A DNA stretch of 64,000 bases from Eledone cirrhosa (Eukaryota), in contig OZ024756.1 of the NCBI GenBank assembly GCA_964016885.1, positions 19,344,001-19,408,000 on the forward strand. Direction: 5' to 3'. Below the pieces are notes generated by a model. That model saw nothing but the letters and a program-made list of their open reading frames with translations. It did not search any database and was not told the DNA's origin. The translations under genes were made by a program, and so were the position numbers. Within the stretch, counting starts at the first letter, position 1. Each line of letters begins with the position of its first letter. This document shows positions 56,806-64,000 of this stretch, one piece after another.

Positions 56806-57454
56806 TGAATCAAGAGTGAGTGGAATTTGTGAAGCTTGAACCAGCTTACATCAATCAACAAAAGGGAGTATGGCTCCTGTCAGCCTTTACATCAATCATT
56901 TATATATGTGATACAAATAATTATGGCTTAACCTGTATAGTGTGTGTGTATGTGTGTCTTATCACCAAGTGTGTGCTTGTGTGTGTGTATCTGTGCATGT
57001 GAGTGTGTGTGTGTATCGATGGTTGTGGAAAACCAATGTTCAAATGATATGCAGACACAACATATGAAGAAAATTTGATGGCGATGTATGAAAATAAATG
57101 AGACTATATAGATATAGATAAGAAATAGAAAAGGCTCTTAGGGTAAATAAGTTGGAATAGCATAAACAAGAAGCAAGCATTGGTTCTATAAAAAGGAGAA
57201 ATTAGTTTTAGACTTGATAGGTAAAAGGTAAACCAAAAATTCTAGCATTTTTGGTTAAAAAAATATCAAAAGGATTAATTTGTTAGTTTGGTGAGGCAGA
57301 ATGAATGAAAAGAAAATGGAGAAAAAAAAAGAGAGAAAGAAAGAAAGACAAAAAATAGAGAAGCAAGCAGCAGTGAGATGGGAAAAATAAATAGCAAACA
57401 CAGATACAACAGACATGATGTAAAGCATGCAGTGGTGACTTATTAGATACTGAC

Positions 57455-57646
57455 CACCTCGGGTAAGAGATTCAGGCTTTTCTTCTGGTGCACAGGCGAC
57501 TGGACAGCACTGCCAGGAGCACTACTGGGCCGTGGGGATGCCACACTGCGCTCGGAGCAGTCATCGGCCACTAGCATTTCAATCCTATTGCTTTTCACCC
57601 ATGAGGAGATCCATCGGCTGCCATTAGTAGCGGGTAGGGACCCTAC
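57455..57646 (-). CDS. DNM1L: Drp1 variable-domain exon: VGSLPATNGSRWISSWVKS...QSPVHQKKSLNLLPEV
   Basis: TTTGCAG acceptor and GTCAGT donor, phase 0-0, 64 codons. SP..K..NLL.V corresponds to human SPQKGHAVNLLDV (S616). Confidence 0.88.
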
Positions 57647-59284
57647 CTGCAAACATGAAGGCACAAGGCATAGCAGATGAAGAAGGGTTACTAAGACCAA
57701 TGTTATATACACTAAGAGAAAGAAGATGGAGGAATGTAGTGTAACACAACATTACTTACAGCATTACTTAGTCACTCTTTATATATATATCACTGATCAG
57801 TCATGGCAGCCACAACATCATTGTTAAAAAAAACAAAGTTAAAGTCTGTCTCAAGCCTTGAAGCTCATCAGGCTGGTGCTTTTCCTGGTTTCATTGGCGT
57901 TATGTGACAGAGAGTACAAAACTCCCACCTGGACAGGACACCAGTCCATCAAAGCCTAGACACTTATTAGGCTGGTGCTTATCCTGGTTTCATTGGCATT
58001 CCGTGGCAGAGTACAAGACTCTCACCTGGACAGAACACCAGTCCATTGCAGGGTTTAATCTCCAGCTACTGCTGGTACTCATCGCAGAGATAAAGTATGT
58101 TCCAAGCCTTGAGACTCTTCAGGCCAGTGATTATCCAGGTTTCTTACCTGCTAAGTGACAGAGTACAAGACTCCCAGCTGGACAGGACACCACTCCATCG
58201 CAGAGTTAAAGTCTGTCAGTGCTTATACCGGTTTCATTGGCATTACGTGGCAGAGAGTACAAGACTCCAGTCCATTACAGGGTTTAATCCCCAACTATTG
58301 CTGGTGCTCATTCTCAGCTGAGTATACTGGAGCAACATGAAATGAAGTGTTTTGCTCAAGAACACAACGCACAACCCAATCCAAGAATAGAACCCACAAC
58401 ATTATGATCATACCCCCTAACCACTAGGCCACACACCATCCTAACAGTATTGACCAGTTAAATCATAACTAGGGATTACCGAAGCTGACCAGAAGGAAAA
58501 CTTCACAATAATGAATGTGTTAGTAAAATGTTTACCAGGCAAAAAGAAAAGAAAAAGTCATGGTTTGTCTGGGAGTAAGATGATTGAATGCACAAAAAGT
58601 GCCGCATTAATAAAGTTTTATTTGAAGTCACAAAATATTTCGAACAAGGTTTTGGTTTTGTTCAATAATTATTATTATTTTCATCAACATTGTAAGAAAT
58701 ATTTTGTTCAAGACTTGTTGGGCCTCACATGAAAGCTTTTTGTAATCTTTAGATCTTTTTGTATTTTTTTTTGTTTTTTTTAACTTGCTACAAAAGTACT
58801 TTATACATTATCAGTTATTACACAATCACTATCTCTCTATAGATATACTGGAAATAGAATAGGTTCAATAAGTATCTACATAGAGTTACTATCACTCTAT
58901 AGAGATATACTAGGTAATAGAACAGGTTCAATAAGTTATCACAGTCACTATCACTCTACAAAAATACTAGGAATTGGAACAAGTTCATTGAAAAAAAAAA
59001 ACTTATTTATTTTCTGTAAATATCAATATAAAAATTCATCTTTTCTTGAGAGAGATAGAGAGGAAGAGAAAGTAAGAGAAGAGAGAGAGAGAGAGAGATG
59101 AAGGGAAGACAGAGGGAAAGGAGAGAGAAGAAATAAATTTCACAAATGAAGGTGAATTATGCCTTAAATTAACATGCCTTACAGGGTTTTAAAAATGTAT
59201 ATTTAAATGTTTCAATCAAAAAAATTCATACAATGTCACAAAAGCTTCAAATTAAGACCTAGCTTTTGTGTAATATATATATAT

Positions 59285-59330
<46 letters not shown>

Positions 59331-60696
59331 TTCCACTGTAGACATATATACATACATAATGGCTGCAACTCGATTTCAAGTAATGCCATTGTTTGATATT
59401 AAAGCATGAGCATCACAGACATGACCTTTTAGTCTTGCTAGGGTCTTGCCTATGGCCAGCAATACCATGCATCACAACAAATGTCACACATCAAGTGAAA
59501 CCTAGGCTTAAAGCTCTTTTAAGTGAGGAAAATCTTTGCATGGGGCCAATCCCACTCTCTGAACATCGATGGTATTTGCCCAAAAAAGAAGATCTGGTCT
59601 ACATCATTGGATGCAAATGAGGTCGCAGGTTTTATACCAGAGTGACCTTCTCCTGGAGAGATGTCTTAATGAAAACTAGGAGTCTCTTACTCCACAAAAA
59701 ATGTATACATATGCACACACACACATACACACATACATACATGCCTCATAAGGCCTACCTAGAACAATAAGCAGACTGGAAGATTTAAGATTCTATGATT
59801 TATTCATGGACACAGCAGTGGAAGTAATGGTATATAAAACCAACCTTTCTTTTACCTGTCTGACATTGTTGACATGGCCAGCTGCAGCCCTTAACTCTTT
59901 AGCATTTACATTACTCTATATTTACTATTGTATTTTCACAGTAAAGGTTTTATCTCACATAATATCAAACCTATGAGATTTTGATATTATTTATTTTAAG
60001 AACAAAGCCATCAGTATGAGCAGCTGGTGACAGCCAGTTTGAACAGAAAGTGGTAAGAGAATTCTAGTCAGTTATACAAGGGGAACAAATATATATATAT
60101 AAGATCAATGAAGCTGACCTCACACAAACCTCATAAAGGAGATGACGCAGGACTGAGTACACTGGCAAGCATAGAAAATAGATGTCTAATGATGATGAGG
60201 ATGTGCTCCCCTACCCCTTACTTGTCCAACCCACATATAAACGGAAATCTGGACATGCTCCACAATATGATATAAAACACAATCCATTTTTTCAAGCCTC
60301 CCCCCCATGACATGTCGCTTGCTATCCCAGCATTAGTGCTACAACAAAAAGCACCCAGTTCCCCTGGTACAGTGGAAGTGCTGGTGCCATGACAAAAAAC
60401 ACCCAGTTGCATATGTGTGTGTTTTTATATGTTTACTGCTGCATGTGAATATGTCTGCTTTCACTGTTGCATGTGTGTGTTGTGTGTATTTCCTATTATG
60501 AATGTATATGACAGTTTCTATGTATGTGGTTGTATGGGCCTTCATTGGTATATATGTGTCTATGCGAGTACATTCATTGTTACGTGTGCTTCATATTGTG
60601 TATATGTCTTACAAATATGACTATGTATTGTTAGTATATACACATGTGGATGCATCTGTTGTCCTATGTCTTTATGAATGCATTTTTTACACTTAC

Positions 60697-60726
60697 CTTG
60701 AAGGAATGGTTGCAAATTACTTCTCT
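60697..60726 (-). CDS. Candidate 30-nt Drp1 micro-exon
   Basis: T-rich tract + AATAG acceptor and a perfect AAG|GTAAGT donor. Frame-preserving. No homology support. Confidence 0.35.
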
Positions 60727-61849
60727 CTATTGAATTATATAAGAAAAAAAAACTATTCTCTGGTGTTCAGAGGTGTAGTCTAAGAAAAGTCCTGGAAGTT
60801 ATTTTAGGCAAAAAGGCTTGTGTTCAAAAGTACATAATTTGCTTTAGAATGGACTGTTTGGACTATAACCAGGGAACATACAAACAGACATATGGATTAA
60901 AACTTTTAGTAGCATATAGATTATTTTGAAAAATAATTTTAAATACATAATTTTAAATATAAAATCAAAATAAAATTACTTTACAAAAACTATTTTAGAA
61001 TAACAGAAAAACATACTTTTAAAAATAATATATTTTCAAAATTATTCTATACAAATTTGTTTCAATAAAATGTCATTTTGATATGAAGTAATTTCTATGA
61101 AAAGTCAAACAAACTTTGAAATTATTTCAGTTGAACAGGAATCTATTATTTAAATGTTGCCAAACTGGCAGAGCAGTTAGAACATCAGAGATAATGCTTT
61201 GCAGTATTCATTCTGGCTCTCTGCACTCCGAGTTCAAATCCCACCAAGGTCAGTATTGGCATTGATTTCTCTCTCTCTTCCCTTCACTGGAAGAAATCGG
61301 CTGTGTTCACACTCGGAAAGGGGAAGGGCTCTACTGAGTTTAAATACCCAAGACATGCTGTATATCATTACGCCACCCCTACAACGCAATCAGGATTTAC
61401 GGTTCATGCACACAAGCTATCATTTATAACATTTTTCTTTACTTTTTTAAAAAAACACTCAGTTCTGAAAATTGATTGATTACATATATTTCTTGATGGT
61501 TCTGAAATATTTCCAGCTTTAGATAAAAAGTATTTAAAAAATCTTAGAATAGTAATAGAGAACGGCTTAAGATAGAATGGTTAGTTAATAAAGATCATGC
61601 AGACAGAGAAGGGAATAAAAATGGAAGATAAACCAATTAAAGATTGCAAGACCGACATTATGAAAGAGGATTCTGTAATATGAAGACAGAGATAAAAAAA
61701 AACACAAAAAGAATTACAAACCATACATAAAATTAATATAATTGTGTATGTATGTATATGTATGCGTGTGTATGCACTTGTTAAGGGCTCTTTAACTTTA
61801 CCCTTTTATTTACGGTTGATTGGGAAGCATCAGACCCCAAATATCCCAC

Positions 61850-62115
61850 CAGAAGCAAAGTCAAAGAAATAGAAAAAATACAACCACCAGAATACAACTG
61901 CAGCAACATCACATTCTGCCAACTAAATTGCAAACATCTCAAAGGCACTTGTGTACAGAACAAAAAAATAACAGATGGTATAACAAAACACTATATAAGG
62001 CTCATACAGAACACATTCAAAACCAACATTGTCACTCCTTTAGAATAAGAGATCACTTTAACACCACCTCTATGTCTCACTATATCAAGGAACTCAAGGA
62101 TAGTGGAATTAAAAA
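61850..62115 (+). pseudogene. Penelope-like GIY-YIG endonuclease relic
   Basis: Frameshifted EYNCSNITFCQLN, TKHYIRLIQNTFKT and HSFRIRDHFNTTSMSHYIKELKDSG resemble the PLE pattern CNC..CPL...YIG.T..TFK.R...H..SF......T.LS.YIW.LK. Confidence 0.65.
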
Positions 62116-63037
62116 CATTGCTGAGCCCTCGGTAGAGTGTGGGGAAAGTATATAAGCAAGATGCAGCACCCCAGACCATCTGAAAGCTCAGTAGCTTCAG
62201 TACTCACTTGGTCTGTGATGACCTGCCCAACCCCCTGCTAGTAGGGAAAATTAACGTTAAATGATGATGAGAATGGTAATGGTGATGATGATGATGATGA
62301 TAATGATTACATAGATGGCATCTCTCCAACATATCTATATGGAGTGAGTATAAAAGATAAAAGTTATTTCAAATCTCCAATCAGTAACACATTGCTAGGT
62401 GGACCTACCTGCCATATGAATAACTTGTTCTATGTTTGCAGCCAAAATATGGTATAAATAACTTCTGTTTTGACAGAAATGTAATATATTATTTAACCTA
62501 TTTGGTATGAAGCCAACCAAAACTGACTGTTTCTATGAAACAAAACCACCCATCTAAAAGGGTTCTTATTAAATTAAAACCTTCAAACATAATTTTACAT
62601 AAATACCACATGTTAAGTTACTATCTTAGTTATGAAATGATCATTTTCTTTATGTTGACTTTTCCATGCTGACATGGGTTGGATGGGACTTTTGAGGGGC
62701 AATGTTTTACAGCTGGACACCCTTCCTGACACCAACCCTTTCAGTTGCTTCTAACAACAGCAAGGATACAGTGTACTTATGCTAAACCGGACACACACAA
62801 ATATCCATAATTTTAGTAAATTCCTCAAAATTCTTCCTTAATTCATTGAAATAGTATTTCAGGAGAAATACAGCCATGAAAGGGTTAGAGTTTATATTTA
62901 AATTTAAATCTAACAATTTTATATATATATAAACCTTATGTTAAGTTCCTTAGCAATGAAATAATAATTTTAGTAAATCTCTTAAAATTAGTCATTAAAT
63001 TGAAATAGTGTATTTCATTAAAAGTACAGCAGGCATC

Positions 63038-63517
63038 TATCATATTCTGAGCGCCTTGCTTCCCTGGGCATGGATGCATTGAAGCTCCGACGCCTGGCAA
63101 CTGACTTGGTAAACACCCACAAAATTGTTAACCATGTTGCCAACAACAACTCTCCCTGAGTACCTTTTTGATTTCCATGTGTCTAACACACGTGGACATG
63201 CCCACAAAGTCAGAAAACAGCACAGTTCCCATGACTTTCGGAAACATTTTTTCACGCTCAGAGTTGCTGAAGCATGGAACAAACTACCTTCATCAGTTGT
63301 TAGCTGTCGAGACACTGCATCCTTTAAGGCCTCCATGCTTCCCGAGATCCGCCAACACTACAGCTAATGTTCCCCCTCCATACACATACACACATGTATA
63401 CCATGACACTGTTCACTTCCCTGACATTTGTGTATTATTCTATGTACTATACATAAACCTTTGACGAGTTGTAGTGCACCTGAGCACATTACACAATAAT
63501 TTCATTATTATTATTAT
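63038..63517 (+). mobile_element. CR1-type LINE 3' fragment
   Basis: SYSERLASLGMDALKLRRL...TRGHAHKV...RKHFFTLRVAEAWNKLP..., followed by an (ATT)n tail. Confidence 0.88.
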
Positions 63518-63559
63518 TTTAAAACAGTTAACAAGCAGTGCTAGGAGGGTGGTATAGTA

Positions 63560-63746
63560 CAAGGGTAGGCTGAAAAGTTCATAGGCTGACTATGAAGGAG
63601 TGATGCTAGAGCTGTGAAATCTTGCATGCATTAATTTCAACTCTTCTTAATAACTGCATTGTTTTTTCCATGGACTATGTCGAAAAATAAACCCCATTTG
63701 GTCATTCATATCTTGGTCATCCTATGAATTTTTCAGCCAACTCTTG
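63560..63746. mobile_element. mariner-type MITE
   Basis: TIRs CAAGGGTAGGCTGAAAAGTTCATAGGCTGAC / GTCATCCTATGAATTTTTCAGCCAACTCTTG, with TA at the left end. Confidence 0.8.
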
Positions 63747-63788
63747 TGTATGTGTATGTATGTGTGTATGTATGTATGTATGTATGTA

Positions 63789-63857
<69 letters not shown>

Positions 63858-64000
63858 AGGCACATGGCTTAGTGGTTAAAGCATTGGCCTTGCAATCGAA
63901 AGGTTGTGTGTTCAATTCTCAGACCGAGTGATGGGTTGTTTCCTTGAGCAAGACACTTTATTTCACATTGCTCCAGTTTACTCAGCTGTAGAAATGAGAT

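Noticed and set aside
63856-63930. tRNA gene
   Set aside because: It has A/B boxes but continues into a SINE body and lacks a proper acceptor stem, so it is a SINE head.

Overview
AT-rich, repeat-dense animal genomic DNA. The SINE families and (TA/CATA)n content suggest an octopod cephalopod; this is inference, not verified. Two intron-rich genes converge: a + strand LRR/EF-hand gene (LRRC74-like, 3' exons 2.2-21.0 kb) and the 3' part of DNM1L/Drp1 on the - strand (exons 45.8-57.6 kb, possibly micro-exons near 60 kb). Between them lie a ~14 kb strand-asymmetric (TA)nCA microsatellite field holding three LINE fragments with open RT frames (two RTE-type, one CR1-type), a 200-N gap with a probable false duplication, and SINE/MITE clusters. 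Relics of R2, R4/Dong, CRE and Penelope-like elements are also present. The main unexplained signals are (1) foldback (palindromic) non-coding elements inserted in (TA)n tracts that carry a minimal type-I hammerhead ribozyme motif in each arm plus an unpaired 3' tail, and (2) an apparent ~550-bp duplication of microsatellite pattern on both sides of the zinc-finger RTE, resembling a giant target-site duplication. Almost all long ORFs in the ORF track are microsatellite artefacts.
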